64,000 nt of DNA from Asterias rubens (taxonomy: Eukaryota): NCBI RefSeq assembly GCF_902459465.1, contig NC_047079.1, positions 7,998,001-8,062,000 of the forward strand. The letters are read 5' to 3'. The notes beneath the pieces were generated by a model. It searched no databases and was not told the DNA's origin. It was given only the letters and a program-made list of their open reading frames with translations. The position numbers and the translations under genes are program-made. Below, piece after piece: positions 34,800 to 46,700 of the stretch. The first letter of the stretch is position 1; every line of letters starts with the position of its first letter.

Positions 34800-37547
34800 A
34801 GTATCTTTTTACTTCTAACATAATAAACTATATGACCGTAGCCCCTCTTTACTTTAAATGTCCCCCATTTTCTTAAAATCACATTTTTGTCTAAGGGAGC
34901 GAACGGGCTTACCCGGTGTTCGGCCATTTTGTTTTGGTTCATTCCCTTTCTAGTCTGTTTTCCATATGTGCCGACTTTGGCGATCGCGATTGCGAAATCA
35001 TGACTGTTTTGCTTATTTAAAGATTACAACAAACACCCATAGTAAACCAGTCATGTAGATTATTACTTGATTACGTATTATCTTCTGAGAACAATGTAAA
35101 TATTCTTCTTTTTGGAAGAGTGGGACCATTTTTGAGACTGTGTGCCGAGTGAGTGGTGTGCGGTCGTGTGTGACTATATCTCTGGCATGTTTGTCTGAGT
35201 GGTGGTGGTGCATGTATGCAGAGCCAGCCTGGTACAGCCAGGTGCTGAATAGTAATTGTATAATAATACCCTCTTTTCGTGCTTATATTTGAGCTATTTC
35301 AACATTTCAACAACTGCAGAAATATCAATTTGGTTTAATCAATGTCTCATCATCTGGGAAAATTAATTAGTGTTTTGTACAACTAACTTATTAATTGTTA
35401 TTTTTTTTTTAAATTGTTAGTAAAATTAGACTTCCTTCTATTTTTCATGAAGTGGATGACTGGGCTGCCTGTAGACTTTATTAAAATCAATTTGTCTCAA
35501 TAAATTTGCTTGAAAATTAAAATTTATAATTATTGGAGTCTCATCGCATGTCCCTTCTTCCTATCTTGTTAAACATCATCCATAAACAACCACGAATGAT
35601 ATGATTTTTGTTAAGATTAGTATTGTGCAATATCACAACATAGCAAAGGAAAAACTCCATGAATAAGCACAGGTTTTTATAATGTAGACCTGGGTTATTA
35701 AATAATGGAATTGGTTGTGGACTGGAAGTAAGATTCCTTTTTTAATCCTAAAATCTTTAAAATGAAATTCTATTAACTGCGTCGATATGATGACATTTGA
35801 TTTTGTTTTGTGTAGTTTCCCTATGTTTTTCATGAGAACATATTATTTTATTGTTTGTACTTTGTAGGTATTTCCCTAGGTGAAACATCAGACAGTATTT
35901 CGTGCCACGCCCCCTTTTTTAGTGTAAGAGTGTTGCTCGGACATGTGCTTCTCTTGCATCCTGACTCACCCGCTAAAATACTCTCATGTTCACTGTAACT
36001 AACTAACTCGACATTCTACGGAAATATCACAATGCTCGTCAGCTGTCCCTCAAAACCCAAATTGACATCCTACGGCTTTGTGATGTAGCCAGTGACCTTT
36101 TGTCCTGGAAAACTTTTTATTGGTAGAGACTGATATAATATTTGTTCAGGGTTCACTCACTAATACTGTTCCTGTTTACAGTTTGTATCTTGTGGTGGTG
36201 TTCGTTGACGCTATAAAGAAGTTGATTTGAAAATAGTCACATTTCTTTGAAGGATTTAAAGAATTGTGTGATCCGACAATGGCATGCAGTAAATTGTTAT
36301 CTTCAGTGTGTAATAAAACCTGTTAATTCACAGTTTTCCATAAATTAAATATCACCCCTTTTGTTAACAAAATTTCAGTAGTGCCTTAATGTAATGTCAC
36401 CAAGCACTTATTTGGTTGACTTTCTGTCTACCTGTGTTTGTTGGCAACACAGGATATATGCATCTGATTTCCTTGTTCTATTCAATACTAAAAAATAGGT
36501 AAGAACAGAGTAAGAAAACAGCAAAATGTAGAACAGTTCCCCATCTTCCTAGCTAACATTTTACTGTCAGAGGTTTGAAACTTCATGGTTATAAACTGGC
36601 TGAATTGCAAACTTACGACTCATGGTATTTTATCCCAATATTGCGTCCTCTCACAACTATCTCATTTCATACCTCATCCTAACCAGCATTGATTTGGTAT
36701 TAACTTCCAAACAATGCTACATACATGTACACCTTCATTTTAAATGCTCGCAGTAACAACAGATCACTCAAACAAATTAGCCAGCATAAAACTATGAATT
36801 AGTTATGTTTTTTATGATATATACATTCTATGTAAGAAACTTGTGCAGTTCATGTGCAAACATTTTTGATGAGGAAGTTATGTGGGGGCTGGCGCAGATC
36901 AGAAAGAATGTTACAGTGGGAAGTGTTTTTGTTCCTATAGCTCCTGGTAGGTTTTGATAAAGATTGAGATAATTAATTCAATATCCTGTACTTGGTGCTT
37001 ATGAGGTGTTGGGCCTGGCAATAAATATATTGTCTCTGTTGGTCATCATAACTTTTGAATAGGTGATGTCAAATTATCCCTTAAACTCAAATGTACCACT
37101 CAATATCAAGCCTTAGCAAAAGGCTAGATGCATTTTTAGAGATGCCACACAGACAAAGCCATTTGCTCTGTTGTCCTTATTTGTGCCCTTAAATGTCTTG
37201 TCCTACCCCCCTAACACTTGTTTGTGCAAAATAGTATTCACTCCATGTCAACCAATCACTTGATTTTGATGGACTTGGTTCTGAAATAAAACTCAAGTCA
37301 AGAGCTGAATGTTATCAAATCAAAATCTATAAACCAATTCTTGATTGATTCTGATTGATTCAGTACTTTAGCATTAAGCGCACTGGTTGATTCAGTAGTT
37401 GCATATTGATTGTCCAATTATTGATTCAATTTCGCAGTTTGGTATGATTTGTTTGTTGCCAAAATACTTAGGGAATTATTTTGGTATTCACAGAAATACT
37501 GCAATTTTAGTAATCAAATATTAACTTTTGGGGTTGAACAAAGAATT

Positions 37548-37619
37548 GACTAGAATGGGATTCGAACCAACGACCTCCGGATTAACGTGCTGGCACTCTA
37601 CCAACTGAGCTATCTAGCC
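37548..37619 (-). tRNA. tRNA-like cloverleaf with GTT (Asn) anticodon inside a repeat element; probably SINE-derived or a pseudo-tRNA
   Basis: GGCTAGATAGCTCAGTTGGTAGAGTGCCAGCACGTTAATCCGGAGGTCGTTGGTTCGAATCCCATTCTAGTC has a 7-bp acceptor stem, A box and B box. It has C33 instead of U33, A32, and mismatches in the anticodon and T stems. Confidence 0.5.
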
Positions 37620-38168
37620 CTATGTTGGCGGTGTCCCTATTTTGTCAATATCTTTGTTCGGGGGTGCCAGTCAGAAGCCATACAACCGTTAACTGCTGTG
37701 TAGCCACGGATCACACCCAAATTACGATACAACCAAATATAAACTTTGCACACTGAAATCTGGACTGTGTAGTATTAGAGCCACCCCAAATTCATCTAAT
37801 AATTGCCTCCTTAACAGGGTCATTTTGCACTATATTATAACATTGAGGTGCAATTAGTTGCAACTTGTTGGAAGAATTTGATGTATTTTCCAGTTGATGC
37901 ATTTTCCAGTTAGGATTGATGTTAATCTTAATTCCATCATTAAGGAATTGATCATGATGCTCAGTTAACCAAAAATGTCTTCTTCTTTTTTCTTCCTGTC
38001 TGTATCGAACAAGACACATTAAATCAAATCAAATCAAATCAGAATAACACATGGTCTTCTCCATCCCCTTCTCATTACTACAATGTGACTGAAGACAAAA
38101 TCAAATTAAGAGATAAAAAATTTAAAAAACTAACCTGAAAAACACACATGAAAGCTGGGAAACCTTAA

Positions 38169-38544
38169 AGGAACACGTTGCCTTGGATCGGTCGAGTTGG
38201 TCTTTGAAAAGCATTTGTAACCCGTTTGGAAATGCATATGGTTAGAAAGATGTTTTAAAAGTAGAATACAATGATCAACACAAATATGCCGCGAAATTGC
38301 GTGGTTTTCCTTTTACTTTGCGAAATAACACGGTCGGCCATTTATGGGAGTCACAAATTTGACTCCCATAAATGGCCGACAGTGTTAGTCGACGAGGTAA
38401 AAGGAAAACCACGCAATTTCGAGTGATACTGTGTGGATAATTATATTCTACTTTTAAAATATCTTTCTGATCATATGCATTTTATAACAAATGGTTGACA
38501 ACGCCTTTCGAAAACATATGACTGATCCAAGGCAACGTGTTCCT
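38169..38544. mobile_element. Second Kolobok-type MITE family (B), with a large internal hairpin
   Basis: TTAA|AGGAACACGTTGCCTTGGATC ... GATCCAAGGCAACGTGTTCCT|TTAA. Internal palindrome GTCGGCCATTTATGGGAGTCA...TGACTCCCATAAATGGCCGAC. Confidence 0.85.
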
Positions 38545-39139
38545 TTAAACCCACACTCCTGCTTGTTCTGGATGTTATTGCTGCCTCGGTCTACTCCCTC
38601 ATGAATAATTCATAACAAGACGGTAGTTTTGAATGAGTTCATGCAGCGGTCAGCTATGCCCACAAGGGGCCTGCAGTTAGAGCGCTGTCTTCATCTAGAC
38701 AGTGAAATACATGATGGGATCACTGCTCAACATCTTCAGTCAATTTTCTTTCCCTTTCACTATACTGAAGGGTTCCTCATTGCATTTCACATACTCTATG
38801 GATGCATTGCCTAAATGTACAGGGTGTGTACATGGGTTAGAAAGCAAGGATATTTAACAGCAAGGGAGTTTGGGACATGAATGTTTCAACAGTGATCTTT
38901 GTATATACTGCATGTTCACGTCGCTGTCCCCTGGAGTTCTATTGGAAGCTTCTGGGAAGGGGGATCTATGACAAAACTAATTAATGAGGTCCCAAGCTGA
39001 ACTTAAATGTGGTTTGCGTGAAATGAGGCTTAGCTATAATACAGGTTTACCTTAAAAGGGATCTAGCTAAAATGCGGTTTAGCTTTAACAAGGTTCAGTT
39101 TAAACGAAGAGCTTTAATGAGCTTCAGTGCACTGGTTGG

Positions 39140-39173
39140 TTATGATTGATTGATTAATTGATTGATTGATTGG

Positions 39174-39205
<32 letters not shown>
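39140..39205 (+). repeat. (GATT)n microsatellite
   Basis: Direct reading. Confidence 0.9.
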
Positions 39206-40170
39206 CTTTTTTTTGACTTTTCAAAGCAAACACTTTATTCATTCACAAAATATACAGGATTTACAGAAACATAGAAACTAAAAAGCTGATTGATTGATTG
39301 ATGGTCCAACTACTGGGTGTGATTTTTATTTCAATAAACCATTTCAATTCAATTCAAATGATGTTCAATTTGAGGTTCAATCAGGTTAATGTTTAACTTT
39401 AATGAGGTTCACTTTCCCATCTATTAGGTACTTGCATTGACTCTCCTGGGGAATATTATTCTATTTGTTTGCAAAAGGAATAAATCACGTGCTTCATGTA
39501 GGTTTTTGTTACCATTCCCAAATATGTCAGAGATTATTAATAGTAGTTTCTTCTCTGGTTTTGTTTCCCTAAAGAACCATCTGCCACTCATTGGCATTGG
39601 ACATACATGTAATGTAGGATTGAATAACTCAACATATATATCAACAGTGGCTGTTTAATTACATTTTAAAAGCCAGTTCCATTTTTTTAAACATCTGGTT
39701 ATATTGGTATTTGGTTTGTATGTTAAAATGTTCATTGCACAAAACCTTTTAGACCTAATGCAGTAAGCTGATAATGCACTGGGAATAGGTAATTATTTGA
39801 TTATAATAGCCTACAGTGTCATCTGTCTTTGTGTTATGAAAACTATTGTTTATGTTTAATGTCTCACCTAAAAAGGTTTTTCATTATCATGTAAATAAAT
39901 GTTTTTATAATACATGAAATGGTTTTGTGAGTTGAAGATAGAAGTCCGTGTAGATTTCTGACTGAATGACTACTGTCCTACAAAATGTGCAATGATTTGT
40001 TTGCATTTTGCATTATTGATGCGTCTCGTCTCCCATGAACTAAAACATTCTGCTTTTGTGTTATTGCTTTTTATATAACACCCAAGCAGATCCTTGCCAT
40101 GTGATTGGAGGATTGTCCGTCACGTGATAGCAAATAAAAGTACCATTGCACGCTGAGTCACTCACCGTGC

Positions 40171-40243
40171 TTTTTCGTTCCATCCGAAAACTACCATTGC
40201 ACGCTGGCAGCGTGCAATGGTACTTTTCGGATGGAACGAAAAA
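40171..40243. repeat. Near-perfect palindrome (36-bp arms, 1 mismatch, 1-nt centre)
   Basis: TTTTTCGTTCCATCCGAAAACTACCATTGCACGCTG-G-CAGCGTGCAATGGTACTTTTCGGATGGAACGAAAAA. Confidence 0.85.
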
Positions 40244-40418
40244 GCTGAGTAAAAACATCACTGCGTGCGCGTGTCTTTGGTAACGCAGCAGGTGTTACTG
40301 CAAGAAGGCATAGTAAAATTACTAGCATTCAGCTTCTACAGTTGAAATTGTTTGTTTTGAAAGTTGTATCTTTCAATCAAAATGACAAAGATCTACTTGG
40401 ATGTTATATAAAACAAAT

Positions 40419-40570
40419 AATGAATGTTTTTCATTCGTGCAATGGTGCAAATATGTTCATTCGTTGAAAGCTGGAATGTTCCATTCAACTCGGCTCCGCC
40501 TCGTTGAATAGAACATTCCATCTTTCAACTCATGAACATATTCGCACCATTGCACTCATAAACATTCATT
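40419..40570. mobile_element. Hairpin MITE of about 150 bp
   Basis: AATGAATGTTT...TGCAATGGTGC.AATATGTTCAT...TTCAAC/GTTGAA...ATGAACATATT.GCACCATTGCA...AAACATTCATT. Confidence 0.7.
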
Positions 40571-42482
40571 ATGTGTATAATATTCTGATAGAGAGGAAAA
40601 GAAAAGAAAAGAAAAAGAAAAGTGTTTTTACTGTTGTCCTTGGATGACAATAAGAGACTGCCATGCTAAATGTACACAATGCATTGCTTCTATTATTCCT
40701 CTGTTGGATTAGGGTCGTCTCTATTGTGATGGAATGGAATAGTCCGTGCACTATTAAGAAAGACCATTACAGTGTGCACAGCAGAATACAATTAAATTAG
40801 TTTCATCAAATCCGATTTTATGCCGTTTTCGTTTAACTGGGGATGATGAAGCTTCTGGAAAAAGAAGTTAAAAGAAAGAAATTAAAATATTGAACATTAC
40901 AAAAAGGGACAAAAAGGGACAAAACATTTTAGAAATAAAAACTTAAAATTGCAGCATTATTTTGGGCGGCATTATTTTTTTTTTGTCTTTAATTTTTGTT
41001 GTGTTGTTGGTGTATGGTGAGGACTTCACATGAGGTTTATGTGTAGCATGTACAGTATCATGTTTCCACAGCTAGTGAATAGTGCATGTTTGAATGCACT
41101 TTAGGGAAGAAGTAATTGAGCTGTTAAGCCATTTGGGAACACCCTTGAAACCAGAGGGCAGGCTAGATATGCACAGGTTACAGAGAATCGTACTTTATGT
41201 AATTCCTTTTGCCTATTGTACAATAGAAGAGGACACTTTACATGGAGTACACGACACTTCATATGAACTGTAACAACTTTCAGTGTTTCATCACTATGCC
41301 TGCAGAGTCTACTCTTGTTGGACTTGTATCATATTGGGAGAATGAAGGATTCACAAGGGCTGTGTATTGAAAAAGTACAGACTAGAAAAGACCAGGGCCT
41401 AATTTCATGGCGCTGCTTAGCGTAAGCATTCCTAGGCATTCTACGCTTACAAGGCTAGCGCAGAAATTTGGCGCTTACACTTAAGCGGGGAATTGTGATC
41501 GTAAGCGCAGAATTCTGCGGTAAGCAGAGCCATCGAAAAAGAGCTCTGTTGTCTTCGGTCACGTGACTGTACGATGCCATTTTCGGTCCATGTGTAGCAC
41601 AACTCAATGTCAAGTCTGGCACCCTGAGTGCAATTTCCTCATACCAGATTTTAGAATGTCTATCCCCCTGGGTTAAAGGTTAAAGGTGAAGATAAGGGTT
41701 TAAGGTTATGGGTTAAAGGTGAAGATTAAATTAGAGCATCATTTCCCCCCATAATTAAATCAGAAAAGAAAAAACTTCCTTAACATGGTATGTTCAGTAC
41801 AAGATCTCAGGCACCACAGCACAGGCAAGACGACTTTCAACATAGAGGGCCTGGCTACACTAACACGGTAAGAACTTGAGCATTGGAACTAACCAACTAT
41901 GATAACTTAAAGTGCATCTTATTGTTTTGTATTGGTTGTTCTCCATGAATTGGTAATGGAGTGCTTGCTTGGTCAAAATAACCAACTTGAATGCCCAGTC
42001 TGTAAGATCCAGATGTTTTGCTTGGCAAATTACTAATACTGAATTTTAATTAATTTTTGTTTGTGATAGTTTTCTGATTGTAAACAAAAAAGTATATATT
42101 AACTGTTTTGACAATATTTCTGACCCTTATTTTGGCTTTTCCCTTTCGATTTTGACAGAATTTCACATGATTCATTTAGGAAACTCTTATTCTTTGGAAC
42201 GCCTATGTAACGTCTTCTAAAACGACTTTGTAATTACAAGTGTGATGATTCTGTAGTTGTTGAACTGCCTGTGAGTGAGGTTACAGCTTCAGCAGTCAAG
42301 GCATGTCAGCAATGCATACTTGAAATTCACTCTCTGTGCTTAAGTTTCCTAATAGTTCACCTCCAGAATAAAGACTGTACTTTGCTTCATTAGTTTCCTT
42401 TGTTGTAAATTTGTTCAGTCTTACTTGTTCTTCTTGGAAAGTATTTGAAAGATAGTATGTGCTTATCATGCATGACATTCTT

Positions 42483-43326
42483 AGGGCCACTGATTTTCCG
42501 TTTCAGAAAAGTGCAAATTCTGTTTGGCAAAAACATGAATTCCGTTTCAGGCACAAAAAATTCCGTTTCATGTTTTTTTAATTAGATAAAAGGTTGTTTA
42601 ATACCCAGGGACACACTTGTAAAAATCAATTTGAGATAAGTTGCACTGTTGACTTCGTAAAATGTTCATTTGAACTGACAAATTTCAAAAAAATACTTTT
42701 TTTTATAATTGTGGATTATTTTGTATACTGCTGTTCTAAAAAGGTTGCACTGTGACTGCAGTATCAATGCACATGATGTGATAGACTTGATTCCAAGTCT
42801 AAAACTGCAGTTGATTCTCTGCATCAGCCACATTGTAGGCTAATGACAGGAGTGTATCCACAAGAGGGCGCTGTTTCAGCATGATCAAAGACTTGGGAAC
42901 AAGTCTATGGACGTGACCATTCTCCATCCACAAACAAAATGTCAGCCATTTTGTTTTCGCTTTGGCGACAGAATGTTGACAGTTTACGGTTTTATTTTAG
43001 ACCTTTCCGAGATGAAAAAACATTGTATGTGTTCTTATAGATCATAGGTAAGCTAGTTTGTGTATTATTGTTGGTAAAAGAGAGGGAGAAAATGCAATTT
43101 GGGTGAACAAAAAATGTTTAAAACGTGCCGCGAATAATGCCCTTCGCTTAACCATGTTAACAACGTGTGTACATCATGTGTGTAAACATTGAGGATGGTG
43201 TGAAGTAGAACAGAATGATCCACGGTTACGATCTCGTCCTTTTTAATGGTCTGATTTCTGATGCCTTTTTAGTTTAAAAAAAAGAATCTTAATAAAGAAT
43301 GCAATTTCAATAGTTTTGGCGTCAAG

Positions 43327-43360
<34 letters not shown>

Positions 43361-43448
43361 GAATTTTCTGAAATCCCGTTTTCCGTTTCAAAGGGCGGAT
43401 TCCACGAATTCCGTCCGTTTTCCGCGATCGCGGAAAATCAGTGGCCCT
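42483..43448. mobile_element. 966-bp non-autonomous DNA transposon with an 8-bp TSD (hAT-like)
   Basis: TIRs AGGGCCACTGATTTTCCG / CGGAAAATCAGTGGCCCT. Direct repeat ACATTCTT at 42475-42482 and 43449-43456. Subterminal TTCCGTTTC repeats. No transposase ORF. Confidence 0.8.
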
Positions 43449-43750
43449 ACATTCTTCCTACTTGGGAAAAATCTGGAGATTTGCGATTAAATGGTCTGTC
43501 TTTTAGAGCATACTACATGTGTAACCGTTGGTGAGCATATTTTTTTTAATAAAGAAGACTTGTACACAAAAGCAGTAATGCTTCTGATGGCAAGTTAAAA
43601 TTGTTGTTGTTGTTTGATTTGCAGCAAACACGGCATCCAAATCCCGGCTCTGTCCCGAGCTCGGGAATTCCTACAGGAGCCTCCCCATCACCATCCTCCA
43701 GTCCCGGCGTGGTGAACACACAGGGCCTGGCAACTGGTACGGCCCATGAC

Positions 43751-46700
43751 ATGAGCAACAAGGGGGCACCTAGCCGCCCAGGTCTCGCTCCCTCTCCCCA
43801 CCAGCAAGGCAATGTGGTACAGCAGCAGCAGCAGCAGCCACCTCCGGGGATGATCATTCAGCAACAATACTTGATACCACAGCAGAGAGGAGCAGTAAGT
43901 AGTGACTTGGGCTATTTTTCAATTTATCAGAAGGAAACACTTGAAAATCTTAACCTGGCTTCAAAAGGTGCTAAACTCTTTTTCTGATCAGTTTGGAGTG
44001 TTTAGTTATTGCCATTGATCAGCTTAGGAACAAGTTGGTGAATGATGTGTTTTAACAATTAAACATTCCTACAATATAATCCAGAAAAAGGACAATGCAG
44101 AATGAAAAAATAAATTGATTCTAAATGGATGTATTACCCTTTACAGCCGATGTATGTCCCGATGAATAACCAGCAGAATCCACGTGGTGCGATCCAAATC
44201 CAACAAGCTCCCAGCTCTGGACCCCAGCAGATGACGGCCGGGAGCCCGATGAATCCCATCAACCAGTACCACCAGCCGTTTGTCATACCCATGATGCCAC
44301 AGGGAATTAATATGTCTCAGGTGATTATTAAATGGATCTAACTGAATTACTTTCCCAACTTCTTTGCTTCTCCATGTTTATCTTCCCAATGATCAGATAA
44401 AAATGTTCATATCAAATACCATATCAGTAATTTGTTTAATTATCTTGGGTTGTTATAGAGATAAAACTGTTTGAATCAATCCAGCTCCCCTTTACCTCCT
44501 CATCCGTCCCAAAACAAAGTATTTTGAAGAAATGAAGAACCATTATAGCCGCCCCCCACACCTTTAGCCCGGTTTTATCATGAATGATTTTGTTTTAGGT
44601 GAGGTGTTGTGATCCACCATCTGTTTCCAAAAAAAATAAAAAATTGATGGATAGAAAATAAAGCCTACATTTTTGAGGTCAAAGTTAATGGACGATTTGC
44701 AACTGAGATTGAATTGGATTGGGTTTTCTCATTCTTGTTTTCTGTTGCAGTATCAACAAAGAGATCAAGCAGTGTACCAGCAGCAACCACACTTGAGTCA
44801 ACCTTCTCAGCCACAAGTATGCACATTTTGCTTTGAAGTTTAAATTTCTGTCAAATTTTATTTGTTAAAATTAAAAAGCAACACACTTGAGAATAGGTAT
44901 TACATAGTGTGAGTGTGTTATGACAAAGGCCGAAACCTTGAAGTTTGTTTCTATACAGATTGTATTGATTGTTTAATTCCGGTTCACCATATACACGTAG
45001 CAGTTTCTTTATTAAAACTTGCAATTTGTTTTACTCAAAGTCCCCCTTTAAAATGTTTTATGCAAGTGTCTGTTGTTAAAGGAAAATAGACTGTATGTTT
45101 CTAATGTAAAATTGAAGCCTTGTTAAATTAGCTTTCATATGAAGCTTGTCTAAATACCTTTTTAATTCCAATCAGAAGTGTGTTTCTAGTCTCATGCTAT
45201 AAGTAGGCATGCCCATAGGCAGTTTCCCCCATGTTGAGGGTTTGCTCCATATCAAACTGGATCTACAGGTAGTTGGTGGGGAATCGCACCCGACTTTGTA
45301 AAACACCATTGTCTAAACAAACCCATTTTTGTTTGCTTATTCAGTACCAGCAAAGACAAGTGTACCAGCAGAGACCTCAATTCAATCAGCAGAATCCACA
45401 GGGACAGATCTATACACAACCCAGCACGCCACCATACTATTCAAACTCACAGCCAGTAAATCTGCAGCCAGGAGGTAAAGAAAGAAAAACTTTACTTTTC
45501 AAGGGTAGGGTGGGCAGAACATTGAAGGCCATTATTGATGAGATATGTTGGTGCGTTGTTGGTGGTTAGGGAGGAAGACTTTTATAGATATATATTTTGA
45601 ACAAATTTGTTAATCAACTTTTTATCCCTAACAAGTATTGTCTTTTTTCCAAAGCTACATTTTTCCAGAGCAACCAGCAAGGAATGGTTGTCCAACCCCA
45701 GATGAGGCCTCAGGCTTACACAGCCACAGTCCCACAGGCACCCCAGTACAATGCCGCCCCAAAGAAAAAGAGCCTTATTCGTATCGTGGATCCCAAATCC
45801 AATCAGGATATTACTGATACGATCATCCGCGAGGCTTCCATGACGACGACTGGTAGCTCCTCGCCTCATTCTGGACAATCAAGTGCTTCAGGGACCCCAC
45901 CAGCTGTAAGTCGCTTCTCTTTAACTGTCCCAGGTCGCATACTTTATTTTGGTCAAGACATTGATTTTTTTTGGTTTGGTTCAGTGAGTGTCAGTCTTTT
46001 GAAAATATCTTTGATTGCCATTTGTAATATGCTAATGTAATAAAATGCACCCTACTTTACGATGTCGCTCTTCTCTTTTTAAGATCAGCTTCTTGCTGAT
46101 GGGTTTTAATACAACATCCCTAAACAATCACCAGAAATATAAATAACTTAAAAAATGTTCATGAGATGCATTGGAAAGTTGAAATAGAGATATTTGCAGA
46201 AGGAACCTGTTCATGTTCTGCATACATTGTTAAAAACTTGTTGGACTTTTTTTTCTAGACTATTGTTAATATGGAAGAATTTGAATTCAACAAAATACTT
46301 AAAAGCTGCATGGTTATATACATGTACATCTGTATCTTTGTATTTGATTACATAATAGTGAATAGGAATTCAAGCTTCAATAACTTTGTTGATGAAATCA
46401 TTCACCTGACTCTGTGCTGATTTTACTTTGATCGCTTCATGTTGAGATATTTGATTTGTGTTCTTATCAATTTATGATGTTGCTTAGAATGCAGGGTTAT
46501 GAGTCTGTCTTGTGGTGCAATTATGTTCATTTATTTCTTGAGAATGATGTACAATCTTGTATTGATTATTTTTTATTTTGTACGTGTTCGGTAGCCTCTC
46601 TTTAGACTGTGCAAGTCTCTTATGTATTCAAACTTCCGGAACCAAGTTGTTCCCAACCATCTTGAGTTTTACTCTAATTTTGTTTCTTCAAATCATTTAG

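Noticed and set aside
37548-37619. Functional tRNA-Asn gene
   Set aside because: C33, A32 and stem mismatches, plus little resemblance to the canonical eukaryotic tRNA-Asn body as I recall it; kept only as tRNA-like.
35900-42400. Separate nested gene in the large eIF4G 5' intron
   Set aside because: Only short ORFs with no recognisable motifs or consistent exon chain; the region is repeat-rich.
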